64,000 nt of DNA. Origin: a phage. The stretch is taken from the sequence record PZ445432.1; one strand, given 5' to 3'. The position numbers and the translations under genes were made by a program. This document shows, piece after piece, positions 30,602 through 40,659 of the stretch (position 1 is its first letter; every line of letters begins with the position of its first letter). The notes beneath the pieces are model-generated. The model saw only the letters and a list, made by a program, of their open reading frames with translations, did no database searches and was not told the DNA's origin.

Positions 30602-31128
30602 GATCTGGCAAATTCTCCGTGTAGTCGCCTACGTTCCCTATCAGCTACTACTTCTGCTTCTTGAATAGTATCATAATATCCAAAGTATTTTGTTTCTCCA
30701 TGGATTTTAAACTGAACCCTATACTTATGTCTCCCAGGTATCCAATATACATTTTTAACACCTGTGGTACTATTAGATCTTACGCTTGTGTTTCTTTCAT
30801 TACCTGATTTATTAGTTGGTCTTAGATTATTCCATCTATTGTTCTTCTTATCTAAGTCTTTGTGGTCTACTACTTCTGCCATTTCATTAGTCTGCATGGC
30901 ATAAATAATTAAATGTACAAGATACTGCTCATTATTAAATGAGGTTCTTAAATACCCTTTTCCATTATCCGTGCCTACTATAGATCCTGCTAACTGACCA
31001 CCCGTTCCTACTTTCCTAGAGAGTAGACCGGACTCAGGATCATAGGAAAATCTTTCTCTGAATTTATTTACTAATAAAATGAATTTTTTAGGGTCTTCCA
31101 AAAATAAGGAATATAGCTTATTTCTCAT
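30598..31128 (-). CDS. HNH-AP2 homing endonuclease
   Basis: VVDHKDLDKKNNRWNNLR plus C-terminal KYFGYYDTIQEAEVVADRERRRLHGEFA AP2-like motif. Confidence 0.75.
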   Translation of the reverse strand: MRNKLYSLFLEDPKKFILLVNKFRERFSYDPESGLLSRKVGTGGQLAGSIVGTDNGKGYLRTSFNNEQYLVHLIIYAMQTNEMAEVVDHKDLDKKNNRWNNLRPTNKSGNERNTSVRSNSTTGVKNVYWIPGRHKYRVQFKIHGETKYFGYYDTIQEAEVVADRERRRLHGEFARS

Positions 31129-31164
31129 AAGTTAAAAAGAAAGGGGCCGAAGCCCCTCTATTTA

Positions 31165-31938
31165 TTAGTCATCCAGATCGCTTGCAGCTTCGTGGTCAAT
31201 ACCTTTCTGGGAACCAGCATTGCTGTTACCAGATTTGGCATCATCATCTTTATTCTCACGACCTTCCATGAAGGCTTGAATTGCTTCTTTCTGCTCTTCA
31301 TAGGTAGGAACCGGATAGGTTTGTTCCAGAGAAGGAACTTTCTCGAACTTAATGATGTCGCCATCTTCGTCACACATAGCTTCACCAATCAGATCTACAT
31401 CCGCAGCATATTGCTTAGATTCTGCACTGTTAGGATCTTGCAGCTTAATCTGGAACTGCATAGCAGCAATCTGCTGTACATCATACTCAGTATCGAAACC
31501 TTTGCCTTTTTTCTCGATAGAAATATCAATATCAAACGGAGTTGCCAGGTTCAACTGCTTCATGATAGACTGGATGCCTTTCAGAATAGTAGCCTTGACT
31601 TCCATTACTTTCAGTTTGTTATCAGAACGGTCAATAACAAAGGCGATATAGTTTTTCTTCGGTTTCAGCGGAACACGATTACCATCTTTATCCAGCTCTT
31701 TCTCGAAGAAGCCCATCTCATGAACCGGATCAGCTTTACCACGAACAAAGCTCTCTTTGTCACGGTTAAAACGGAGACATTCGAAAGGAGCTACGTTACC
31801 CTCTTTATTAGTCAGCCAATAGACATAACGTGGAAGAACACCAGAAACGATACGAACACGAGTGATGCCGTTGTTGAACTTCAGGAATTCGATTTTATCG
31901 TTAGAACCGCCAGTAGTTTCGCCCCAAGACTTAGCCAT
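31165..31938 (-). CDS. putative ssDNA-binding / recombination-associated protein with acidic C-terminal tail
   Basis: 257 aa; acidic C-terminus ending EAASDLDD; high-expression codon usage; adjacent to the SbcCD-like genes. Confidence 0.35.
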   Translation of the reverse strand: MAKSWGETTGGSNDKIEFLKFNNGITRVRIVSGVLPRYVYWLTNKEGNVAPFECLRFNRDKESFVRGKADPVHEMGFFEKELDKDGNRVPLKPKKNYIAFVIDRSDNKLKVMEVKATILKGIQSIMKQLNLATPFDIDISIEKKGKGFDTEYDVQQIAAMQFQIKLQDPNSAESKQYAADVDLIGEAMCDEDGDIIKFEKVPSLEQTYPVPTYEEQKEAIQAFMEGRENKDDDAKSGNSNAGSQKGIDHEAASDLDD

Positions 31939-32215
31939 ATTTTATTTCCTCTTTAAAGATTAATTTCGATTTGTTAATTGCGATTAGTGGGTTAGTGTCG
32001 ATTACTAAACGTGGTATCCATACTGGAACATATTGTATGTCCAAACTAGGATCGTTTGTAAACTTGTATTCGGCATAATTTCGTAGACTTAAAATTCCTA
32101 GATATTCTGCCAGTTGTCTATTAGACAATTTATTTGGATTATCAACTATTGTTGATTCGTTCAAAATGAATGAGGAACCGACCAATAATTGGTGAGCATC
32201 AGGCTCTGTAAGCAT
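31931..32215 (-). CDS. hypothetical protein
   Basis: 94-aa ORF downstream of tandem early promoters. Confidence 0.45.
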   Translation of the reverse strand: MLTEPDAHQLLVGSSFILNESTIVDNPNKLSNRQLAEYLGILSLRNYAEYKFTNDPSLDIQYVPVWIPRLVIDTNPLIAINKSKLIFKEEIKYG

Positions 32216-32322
32216 TCTTTTGAATAGCTTAATAATTAGGTCGGAATTTCCTCTAGCTAGTAAGTATAGCTTTTCATAATCGAAGAATTTAATTTTTGTT
32301 TTCTCCTCGAATTTATGTATAT

Positions 32323-32352
32323 ATTATACTAGATTTCGAGAGAATTTAGCAA
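32323..32352 (-). promoter_or_regulatory. early promoter TTGCTA-18-TATAAT
   Basis: hexamers read on the minus strand; conserved AT-rich leader ATATACATAAATTCGAGGAG follows. Confidence 0.6.
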
Positions 32353-32423
32353 CTAAAATTTTTATTTTTCTGCTTCGGACTTTCTTATCAATCCGAAACT
32401 TTCTCTCTCAAATTTATGTGTAT

Positions 32424-32452
32424 ATTATACATCATTTATAAGCTGTTGCCAA
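32424..32452 (-). promoter_or_regulatory. early promoter TTGGCA-17-TATAAT (second copy, in tandem)
   Basis: hexamers read on the minus strand; leader ATACACATAAATTTGAGAGAG. Confidence 0.55.
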
Positions 32453-33788
32453 ATGCAATTTTAGCTAATTGAACTGCTTTCTCCGGAGTCATAGTAATAG
32501 TTTTCCACCCGTTGTTACGATATACTGCCATACGTCCAGAAGCCTGTCTTAGTCCAGTGCCACCTTTCATAATTAGATCTACAACAATAGGGTCGAGTTT
32601 ACCATCGACAATACGTTGAACACGACCTGCAAGCTGTTCAATGAGAGATTCATTATTAATAAGACTCCCAGTTATTAAACAAGACAGCTCGTTAAGTGAA
32701 ATACCTTCAGAGAAGATGCTTTGAGCTGCTGCAAGCACACACGGCCCGCCTTTTGCTATATCTTCCTGAATTTTTAATCGGTCATCTAAGTGGGTTGCTC
32801 CTATAATTTCATATGTTGTAACACCACGCTGTGTAAGAGCTTCTAGTACTATTTGGATTAACTCTGTTCTATCACTTACAATGAGTACTTTATGCCCCAT
32901 ATTCACATATAAATGCGCTAGGTTTATAATAGTCTCTCGATATTCGGGGTGATTATACACATCGTTAGCACGTAATGCCCACGGTACGTTTTGATTTCCT
33001 GATAGCTCAACAGGCACGGAGTACCTATGAATTGTAGGTGCAACAGTATTATTAACAGGCGGGCTAAAGATCTTATATCCAAAGAAATCTTTGAACATAA
33101 CTTGTAGACCATCTTTACGTTTTAATGTTCCAGATAGTCCAATTTTATAGCGCGCACAGGATATTTCTAGGAAATTAGTGAAAGTTGTAGCCACACAATG
33201 GTGAACTTCATCAACTATAACAGTGCCGAATACTTTAGAAAGATTATTCGCATGTTTATTCACTGTTTGAATATTACTAACTACAATTGGTGGATCAATA
33301 TTGTATTTCCCAGAACCTATGATGCCCGGTTCAAACCCAAACCATTTACGAACTTCTGCCGCCCACATCTCACGAATAGATGTGTTAGTACAAATTACCA
33401 GGGTTTTCTGGCCAAATTTATACGCAAGTGCGAGGGCTAGGATAGTTTTGCCAAATCCAGGCTTACCATTAATAATACAGGTATCATCACACTCTTCATA
33501 TATTGGGAGCTGGTCTTCTTCACGCAGCTTGAACTTAGGTTTTGGTATATCTACCGGAGCTAATGTGCGTTTATCGACTAATTCGTATTTTATTCCTTTA
33601 GCATCTAATAAGTCCAGACGCGTAATAGGAATCCACTTAATCTCTTTGGCAACAACACCACTATTCTTATACATAATAGGGTATTTACTGGTCATTGTCT
33701 CTATGTGATAAGTGGTTTGCTTACTACAATAATCCCAAAGTTCATCATCGGGCTTGAAATAGGCTTTATTAGATATAACAACCTTCAT
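32436..33788 (-). CDS. SF2 DEAH-box helicase (T5 D10-like)
   Basis: Walker A GKPGFGKT, DEVHH box, C-terminal helicase motifs. Confidence 0.8.
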   Translation of the reverse strand: MKVVISNKAYFKPDDELWDYCSKQTTYHIETMTSKYPIMYKNSGVVAKEIKWIPITRLDLLDAKGIKYELVDKRTLAPVDIPKPKFKLREEDQLPIYEECDDTCIINGKPGFGKTILALALAYKFGQKTLVICTNTSIREMWAAEVRKWFGFEPGIIGSGKYNIDPPIVVSNIQTVNKHANNLSKVFGTVIVDEVHHCVATTFTNFLEISCARYKIGLSGTLKRKDGLQVMFKDFFGYKIFSPPVNNTVAPTIHRYSVPVELSGNQNVPWALRANDVYNHPEYRETIINLAHLYVNMGHKVLIVSDRTELIQIVLEALTQRGVTTYEIIGATHLDDRLKIQEDIAKGGPCVLAAAQSIFSEGISLNELSCLITGSLINNESLIEQLAGRVQRIVDGKLDPIVVDLIMKGGTGLRQASGRMAVYRNNGWKTITMTPEKAVQLAKIAFGNSL

Positions 33789-34282
33789 AATTTTATTCTA
33801 AGTCTAGGAATTTCAGGCTCCTCTTGATGGACTTGATAAATAACAGGGCTATTATTTACCAGAATATAGCTTATATAAGCTGGAACATAGGATAATACAA
33901 ATGGATAAGGGACTTTAGCCACATAGCATTGGTATTTTCCATTATAAATTCTAGCTGAATGCAAAACTTTAGAGGTGACAACATCATAAAACGTAGTTTT
34001 CTTCCAATTAATAAGATTTCCATCAGAATCTATAAACTGGTTACGCTTTGACCCAACTAATTGAGACAACATTGATATTCTACCCCTAATAGGATAGAGC
34101 TTGTATGGTAATTCTTTCCGTTTCTCAAATAGAATAAGCCTACGTTGAGAAAACGTGCCAGGCAACTTCCTGTTATCTAGCACATATTTATTATATCTTG
34201 TTGTAATTACGGAATAATCACCTTCTTGCTCAATTGATACAAACGCCCGTAACGCATAGACGGGCAATTTGAAATTAAGCAC
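33785..34282 (-). CDS. hypothetical protein between the helicase and polymerase genes
   Basis: 165-aa ORF, translationally coupled on both sides; no confident motif. Confidence 0.45.
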   Translation of the reverse strand: MLNFKLPVYALRAFVSIEQEGDYSVITTRYNKYVLDNRKLPGTFSQRRLILFEKRKELPYKLYPIRGRISMLSQLVGSKRNQFIDSDGNLINWKKTTFYDVVTSKVLHSARIYNGKYQCYVAKVPYPFVLSYVPAYISYILVNNSPVIYQVHQEEPEIPRLRIKL

Positions 34283-36842
34283 CGAGAATCCTTTTCACGT
34301 TATCCAGATCTTTACATATAGCAATAAACTTATCGTCCTTGTACTTGCTATGATCTGGATGCTCTTTATCCATTGCAGCTAATTTCTTATACTCGAACTC
34401 TGCATCAAGTAATACACCCTTGACATAGCGAGTATATTCATCATCATCAATACAAGCGATTGATGGGTGCTGTTTCTTCATCTTACCACAAGAATAGTCA
34501 CGAGAACCTCCAGCTTCAGAATCTGAATCAATACCAATCGGACAGCCAGGAATACTGATACCACGGTCTTTCTGAATATTACGAATCAGGATTTCATTGT
34601 ATTGGTCGATTAAGTCTTCACGAACAATAGCAACTACGGAGTCATGAACCAGCATAACAATCTTCATCTCTTGCTCTAGGCCAAGAGAAATGATCTCATT
34701 ATCTGCATCTACAGCACCTAAAAGGAGACTATCAGAAGAAGCAGACTGAATGATTGCGTTAAATCCAGAACGAATTTCTTCCCCCTGAACGCCACGATCT
34801 TCAGAATGGATATTATGCAGACGACGTTTACGACCAAAGTGACTATAGATAAATCCATGATTCTTGATCTGATCGTGGCACTTATCGATCCAACGCTTAA
34901 GCTGTGGGAATTGACCAAAGTAAGTCTCAATGTACTCTTTAGCATCTGCAACAGTACACTCTACAAACGGTTCCCCAGTTTTAGCTGCTTGTTCGAGCAA
35001 TGCTTCGTTAACAGAATGTGCTACTTTAGCTGGGCCAGAACCATACAGAATACCAAAGGTGATTGCTTTAGCTGCTTGACGCAGAGCTGGGAATAACTTT
35101 TTAACATCACGAGGTTCGCATTGGAGCTTAAATACCATGTGTGCGATGTTAGAGTGGAAGTCAGGGTATTTATCAGGTTCATTTCTCATGTTGATAAATA
35201 CTTGTTGCATATTTCTATCACCAGATAGAGCAGCAGCATAATAAACTTCCGCAGTTGTTAAGTCCCACGCGATTACACGATACCCAGGAGGAGCTACTAC
35301 ACAACCCTTGATAATAGATTCATCACGAGGTAACTGTTGCAGGTTCAGTTTACCAGAAGAACTCAGACGACCAGAAGTGGTCATATGTTCATGGAAACCA
35401 GTACGAATGCACCCATCTGCATCAATACTCAGAAGAATCTTCTCAACATAAGTAGAGATTAGCTTAGTCAGCTTACGAATCTCTAGCAGAGTTTTAGCAA
35501 TTGGATGCTGCGTAGCCAGTTCATTCAGAGCTTCTGCATCCGTAGAATCTGCACCAGTATCTGTTAACTTACCAGTTGGAGTCAAACCAACATAATCGAA
35601 CAGAAGAACACGAAGTTGTTTAACAGAGTTCGGGTTAAATGCTTCATTCTGATCTTGTTCTAGCTGTTTAACTTCTGGATAAGTGTACAGTTTCTCACGG
35701 GCTTTATTCAGGTTATGGGTTAACTGATACTGAGCTTCTTTCAAACGATCAATAGAGATAGGTACGCCACGATCTTCGACACGTTGTAAGAATACGCAAC
35801 CAGGCATCAAAACATCGTAATACAGACTACAAAGTTTTTCATTCTTCTCAATCTTTGGTAAGAAGAAGTTGTGTAAACGTAGGGTAGCATCTGTATCTTT
35901 CGCAGCATATGGCCACATAATATCAAATGGAATTAAATCATAGGTGAAATCTTCTTTCTTGATTTTATGTGCTTTGCAGTAATCATCTTTGAACTTATCT
36001 AGTTCGAAGTCATAGTCACCCATATCGGTATACTTCATTGCTAGGGATTTCAAGCCATGAGTACCCCGACGTTCGTCTAGAACATAGTGCTGCAACATGG
36101 TATCATGGAGCCTGCGTTCTTTATGTGCTTTATCAAAAGTAAGCCCCAGATGGTACTTATAAAAGTGCATATCAAACTTTAAGTTGTGAAAAACAATAGT
36201 GTGGTTTTCACTATCTAGAATTTTCTGGAGATAATATACTGCAACCTCTGTGAGACAATCAGAATCGATATATACACCCTGATATTCTTGGTGAGATATA
36301 GAAACACCAAGCAGATAACCATCTCGACAGTATAGTGCTGAGGTTTCGGAGTCGAATGCGACGGGTCCGATAACCATATTATACACCATCTTGATATATT
36401 CTTCCGCCTCGTCAGGGTCAGTAATAGGACGGTAATCACCAGCTTTTGCAATCTTCTCACGACCATTGATAATATCGTGGATATTCTCTACTGTTGCATC
36501 AAAAACTGGTTTCATTTCAGGCTTAAAGTGTAACTGGGCTGGGCTGATACTCGCAATCCAGTTAGCATATCCATTATATTCTACACGTTTACCAGTATAG
36601 TCACCAATGCCTTTCTTACCTGCGAAATACAGGAAAGGTTCAGCACCTACTAGTATAACAAAATCATAATCATTCGGATCAAACGGGTTTTCTGGTGTTC
36701 CAATAGTAATGTGCTTTTTAAGCAAACGACCAGATAACTTCTCGTTACACATATGGAATACATCAACTTCCTCGCCGTATAGCTGGAAATGTTTATCGTA
36801 ACGAGTGTTACTTAGAGCTTTATCAACTACTGCGATTTTCAA
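34275..36842 (-). CDS. DNA polymerase, family A, with 3'-5' exonuclease domain
   Basis: 855 aa; polymerase motif C (MLVHDSVV), motif A/B regions, N-terminal exonuclease domain. Confidence 0.9.
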   Translation of the reverse strand: MKIAVVDKALSNTRYDKHFQLYGEEVDVFHMCNEKLSGRLLKKHITIGTPENPFDPNDYDFVILVGAEPFLYFAGKKGIGDYTGKRVEYNGYANWIASISPAQLHFKPEMKPVFDATVENIHDIINGREKIAKAGDYRPITDPDEAEEYIKMVYNMVIGPVAFDSETSALYCRDGYLLGVSISHQEYQGVYIDSDCLTEVAVYYLQKILDSENHTIVFHNLKFDMHFYKYHLGLTFDKAHKERRLHDTMLQHYVLDERRGTHGLKSLAMKYTDMGDYDFELDKFKDDYCKAHKIKKEDFTYDLIPFDIMWPYAAKDTDATLRLHNFFLPKIEKNEKLCSLYYDVLMPGCVFLQRVEDRGVPISIDRLKEAQYQLTHNLNKAREKLYTYPEVKQLEQDQNEAFNPNSVKQLRVLLFDYVGLTPTGKLTDTGADSTDAEALNELATQHPIAKTLLEIRKLTKLISTYVEKILLSIDADGCIRTGFHEHMTTSGRLSSSGKLNLQQLPRDESIIKGCVVAPPGYRVIAWDLTTAEVYYAAALSGDRNMQQVFINMRNEPDKYPDFHSNIAHMVFKLQCEPRDVKKLFPALRQAAKAITFGILYGSGPAKVAHSVNEALLEQAAKTGEPFVECTVADAKEYIETYFGQFPQLKRWIDKCHDQIKNHGFIYSHFGRKRRLHNIHSEDRGVQGEEIRSGFNAIIQSASSDSLLLGAVDADNEIISLGLEQEMKIVMLVHDSVVAIVREDLIDQYNEILIRNIQKDRGISIPGCPIGIDSDSEAGGSRDYSCGKMKKQHPSIACIDDDEYTRYVKGVLLDAEFEYKKLAAMDKEHPDHSKYKDDKFIAICKDLDNVKRILGA

Positions 36843-36903
36843 ATTTAATCTCCTCTTGGTAAGTAAGTATAACTTCAGTGTTTCTTCTCTAACTTACCAA
36901 TAT

Positions 36904-36933
36904 ATTATACCAAATCTTTAAGCGATTCAGCAA
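36904..36933 (-). promoter_or_regulatory. early promoter TTGCTG-18-TATAAT upstream of the DNA polymerase gene
   Basis: hexamers read on the minus strand. Confidence 0.55.
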
Positions 36934-37795
36934 CTAAAATTTCAATACGTTTTGCTAACATATCAATTTCATCTTTGTTTAAATCACCTGGATCCTTGCC
37001 TTCTGGCAGAAGAAAGTTAGCCACTACAGGTGTTAAACGCGTTTTTGTACGAATTAGCTTGGCCAATGCTTGTGCAGCTTTATTACCAGAAGCATCATTA
37101 TCTAGTAAGATAACAACAACTTTTACACCGGCAATAATATAAGGACTGAACTTATCTGCAATGTTATCCGAAGTAAACTGATGGGTACCAAAGCAGCAAG
37201 AAGCATAGTCTATACCATTATCCTCTAGGTTCAGCATATCAAAGATGCCTTCAACTAGAATAAGAACTGGAGTATTATATCGTACAGGAAAAATTGGCGG
37301 TGAAACTTGTTTTGGTTTTACTAAGTATTTAGGAGGGGCAGAACTGTTTATAGAACGACCCAAAAATAGGATATTGCGTCCAACAGCATCTGTGATTGGG
37401 AATACAATTCTGCCTTCCCAGCTCTCTTGGTGTTGGAAAGCAAAATATTTCTTCAAGGTCTTAGAACTGATACCTCGGAAATCACCTTCGAAAAGGCAGG
37501 CAGACTCAGGTATTGCAAGATTCATAGATCCATTTCTAATTTCTGAAATCTTTTTTCGTACCTGTGATAGTCTTGGGGACTGTCGGTACTGAGCCTCATT
37601 AAAATAATGGTAAATGCTCGGTATACCTTTACCGAAGCCACAACTCAAGCAGTGCATGACCCCTGACTCGGGGTCAATACGTAGACTTGGATGTTTATCA
37701 TCATGTTCAGGATTCAGGCAGCATATAAGAATATCCCCGCCTGTATCCTTGTACTCAATTCCTTTTAGATCAAGTAGTTCTGTTATTCTACTCAT
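36905..37795 (-). CDS. DNA primase (DnaG-like zinc finger + Toprim)
   Basis: CCLNPEHDDKHPSLRIDPESGVMHCLSCG zinc-binding motif; Toprim LILVEG...LLDNDASG. Confidence 0.85.
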   Translation of the reverse strand: MSRITELLDLKGIEYKDTGGDILICCLNPEHDDKHPSLRIDPESGVMHCLSCGFGKGIPSIYHYFNEAQYRQSPRLSQVRKKISEIRNGSMNLAIPESACLFEGDFRGISSKTLKKYFAFQHQESWEGRIVFPITDAVGRNILFLGRSINSSAPPKYLVKPKQVSPPIFPVRYNTPVLILVEGIFDMLNLEDNGIDYASCCFGTHQFTSDNIADKFSPYIIAGVKVVVILLDNDASGNKAAQALAKLIRTKTRLTPVVANFLLPEGKDPGDLNKDEIDMLAKRIEILVAESLKDLV

Positions 37796-39258
37796 ATATC
37801 GCTGGCCTGTTCACCTGTTGAATTTTCAGTTTTATCTTTCTTAGCACGTTTAGATTGAGCTGGCTTATCCTTTTCAATAGGGATAATGAACTCAGCTTCC
37901 ATTTGAGATATATCTTCCATTGCTAGGTTGGTAGTGTTATCCATCCGCAGAGTTTCCCAGTTCATCTTAGGCATAAACTTCACGCTACCAGAAGAACGGG
38001 TCTTAACGAAGTCAAACATAATAGCACCTTGACCATTATCAGCTTTTGCAGCATTAAGATTAGCAGCCATGTCTGCGGAATCAAGAATCCCCTTTGACAT
38101 ACGTGTTCTACCATCTTGATCGATCTGGTAAGGAGCTACGCCAGCCACGTTATGTTTCTGGCAGATAGATTTGAAAGACGAGCTAACAACCATCTGTTCT
38201 TTCCAGTCATACATATCAATGGTTTTAGAATCTGGAAGTCGGGTTTGGTTAATATAGTCAAGTAAAGCTACTGTAACCTTATCCCCATATCTAGCAACTA
38301 ATTTATTTAACTCTACGTCAACTGTTGTAATAGACAGCTCAGGGTCATAAACAATAATCATAGGAGTATGTAGCTCATATCCTTCTATTAGCTTACTTTC
38401 CATATCGTAGAAATCACTCATCTTAGCCATTGTGTACTGTTTAACGAAGTTATCGAAAAGCTCTTCACCACCATTAAACATTCTAGCTCTAGTTCTGGCT
38501 AATCTCAACAGAGCTGCACCTTCTAGAGTATTATTACGCATTGCTAATGCTGATACACCAGCTAACATGGCTAGATTACGTCTAAATACTTCATGTTCTT
38601 TCATCTCAATTGAGAAGTATGGAGCAATATCCCCATTCAAATATTGCTGAACCTGTATGTTTGAACAGATAATGGATTTACCAGTACCACGCCAACCACC
38701 AAGCAGTAACGTTTCTGTGCGAGCTAAACCAATTTGAGCGTCGAACTCATTACAAATACCAAGAGCGATTAAATTCAGTTTGGTATCTTCTTCTCTCTGG
38801 AAAATACGCATGTTATCTGCGTTGAATACTTTCCCAGTATTCGTTACTTTCTCTTCTAATTTTAAGTGAAGGGAGGCAACTCGGTTAAGAATTTCTCCCT
38901 GATCCAGCATTGTTAAATCTTGAAGCACGTCTGTTTCTAGAAGCTTCAGGAATAAATCCTGTGTATACTCGGCCTCTAGGACTTCAAGTGCCTGTTCCAT
39001 GCTAACTTCTGGAATTTGAGTGTTAGCTAAAACGACTAGAGCTTGAGAAAGGCGGGCGTTCCTATTAGCCTCAAGCATCAGTGCGTCAATGGACGGCATT
39101 GTGTTATATTTTTTATAATAATTCTGGACGGCTTGGTAAATTGAGGAGAAAGCGTCATTAAAATGATCTTTATGCAGTTTTGAGAATGTTTCCAATGCTA
39201 TTTGCTTCTGTTCGGAAGCTAGAAGCATCTTCAACACTACAGCTTGCACGTTAAACAT
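37792..39258 (-). CDS. replicative DNA helicase (DnaB-like)
   Basis: 488 aa; Walker A GGWRGTGKS and RecA-like C-terminal domain. Confidence 0.8.
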   Translation of the reverse strand: MFNVQAVVLKMLLASEQKQIALETFSKLHKDHFNDAFSSIYQAVQNYYKKYNTMPSIDALMLEANRNARLSQALVVLANTQIPEVSMEQALEVLEAEYTQDLFLKLLETDVLQDLTMLDQGEILNRVASLHLKLEEKVTNTGKVFNADNMRIFQREEDTKLNLIALGICNEFDAQIGLARTETLLLGGWRGTGKSIICSNIQVQQYLNGDIAPYFSIEMKEHEVFRRNLAMLAGVSALAMRNNTLEGAALLRLARTRARMFNGGEELFDNFVKQYTMAKMSDFYDMESKLIEGYELHTPMIIVYDPELSITTVDVELNKLVARYGDKVTVALLDYINQTRLPDSKTIDMYDWKEQMVVSSSFKSICQKHNVAGVAPYQIDQDGRTRMSKGILDSADMAANLNAAKADNGQGAIMFDFVKTRSSGSVKFMPKMNWETLRMDNTTNLAMEDISQMEAEFIIPIEKDKPAQSKRAKKDKTENSTGEQASDI

Positions 39259-39832
39259 TATTTAGCAACTCCTCTGTAAAGTTATCCGCTATATTCTGCG
39301 GTTTAACCCTCTCTATATCTAGAGCATCTAGGGCTGCGAAATCTCCGTACAAGGCTAAAAGCAGCTTATCTCTATACCACAGAGCTTCTCCTAGAGTTTT
39401 TAGGGTTTTTCTAAATACTTTGGAGTTTTTAGATATGGTTACTTTAAATGTGTTATTTTTTGTTACTTCTATGTTACGAATGCCTAGCTTGTTACCTATA
39501 AAGCTATTAGCGGAATTTTGAGAGGAAGTAACTTCACGTAAGTTATTCCAAGTATTATCAGTTTTAATTCTATTTTTATGATCAACCTTGTCAGGGATTT
39601 CTCCTTCCATATATAGAAAGGCCCACCTATGCGCTCCCATAGATTTTTGTATACCTGACTCTAAGGTTATCTTTATGTAAATATAGCCTGATGAATGCAT
39701 ATAGCCTGCAGGTTTGTTAGCGTGCTTAGCATTGAACGCAGGATTATTTTCTCTAGGTAGCCAGTAGAAATTTCCAGTATCAGGCTCATATCTTAATAAT
39801 GTTTTAAGATACTGCTGGGTAATCTCCCCCAT
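39251..39832 (-). CDS. HNH-AP2 homing endonuclease
   Basis: VDHKNRIKTDNTWNNLR plus a C-terminal AP2-like segment. Confidence 0.7.
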   Translation of the reverse strand: MGEITQQYLKTLLRYEPDTGNFYWLPRENNPAFNAKHANKPAGYMHSSGYIYIKITLESGIQKSMGAHRWAFLYMEGEIPDKVDHKNRIKTDNTWNNLREVTSSQNSANSFIGNKLGIRNIEVTKNNTFKVTISKNSKVFRKTLKTLGEALWYRDKLLLALYGDFAALDALDIERVKPQNIADNFTEELLNNV

Positions 39833-39891
39833 TATGTAGCCTTCTAATATACAAGAAAGGAGAACCGAAGTTCTCCTTATCTGCCTTCTAA

Positions 39892-40659
39892 TTATTCAGC
39901 AGCCGCAGCTTTTGCATCCAGTTTAGCACGCTTAGCGGCACCATCATAGTCCTTAGCAACCAGACCACGACGAGACAGCATAGATTTAACACCGCGCTCA
40001 GACTTACCAGTTTTCTCAGCGATCTCAGCAACAGTCATGTTAACCAGATCCAGACCTTCTAACAGATCTTCACGAGTTTTAGCACTTGAGGTTTCCTGTA
40101 CCGGCATAGCAGCGATACGACCTTCACGAAGCAGACTCAGAGCTTTACCACGGATCTGTTTGATATTACGACCGAAGTGAGCAGCGATAGCTTCAATAGT
40201 AGCCCCAGCAACAACCTGATTAACAAAGTCAGTTTCTTCATCCGGAGTGAAGGAACGAACAGCAGCAGTTTTTTCGGTTGGTTTAACAGAAGCGGTCATT
40301 TCCAGACTCAGGATCTTACCCTGTACCTGTTTAGCACCGAACTGACCACCAGCCACAGCAGCAGCGATTTCAGCATAAGTATACTGACCAGCATGAGCGT
40401 TCAGGAAATCAACCAGTTCAGCTTCCTGCTCAGGAGTCCACGGGGATTTCTGTACTTCGTTAGCTTTCTGTACTTCAAAACCTTCTTTACGCAGTTTAGA
40501 GCCAACAGAGCGAGCAGTAACATCTTTGCCAGTTTCAGCAGCCAGTTCAGCGGCGATAGCAGCTACTTGTTCTTGAGAGATTACATCAACACCCAGAGCA
40601 GTGGCTTTTGCTTTCAGAGACTCGGTTACACCTTCTACGTTCCAGTTCAGTTTAGACAT
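39892..40659 (-). CDS. DNA-binding protein (T5 D5-like)
   Basis: 255 aa; Ala/Lys-rich repeated modules; strong high-expression codon bias. Confidence 0.5.
   Translation of the reverse strand: MSKLNWNVEGVTESLKAKATALGVDVISQEQVAAIAAELAAETGKDVTARSVGSKLRKEGFEVQKANEVQKSPWTPEQEAELVDFLNAHAGQYTYAEIAAAVAGGQFGAKQVQGKILSLEMTASVKPTEKTAAVRSFTPDEETDFVNQVVAGATIEAIAAHFGRNIKQIRGKALSLLREGRIAAMPVQETSSAKTREDLLEGLDLVNMTVAEIAEKTGKSERGVKSMLSRRGLVAKDYDGAAKRAKLDAKAAAAE

Noticed and set aside
31192-31956. 254-aa plus-strand ORF opposite the ssDNA-binding-like gene
   Set aside because: Antisense shadow of a well-supported, codon-biased minus-strand gene; hydrophobic low-complexity translation.
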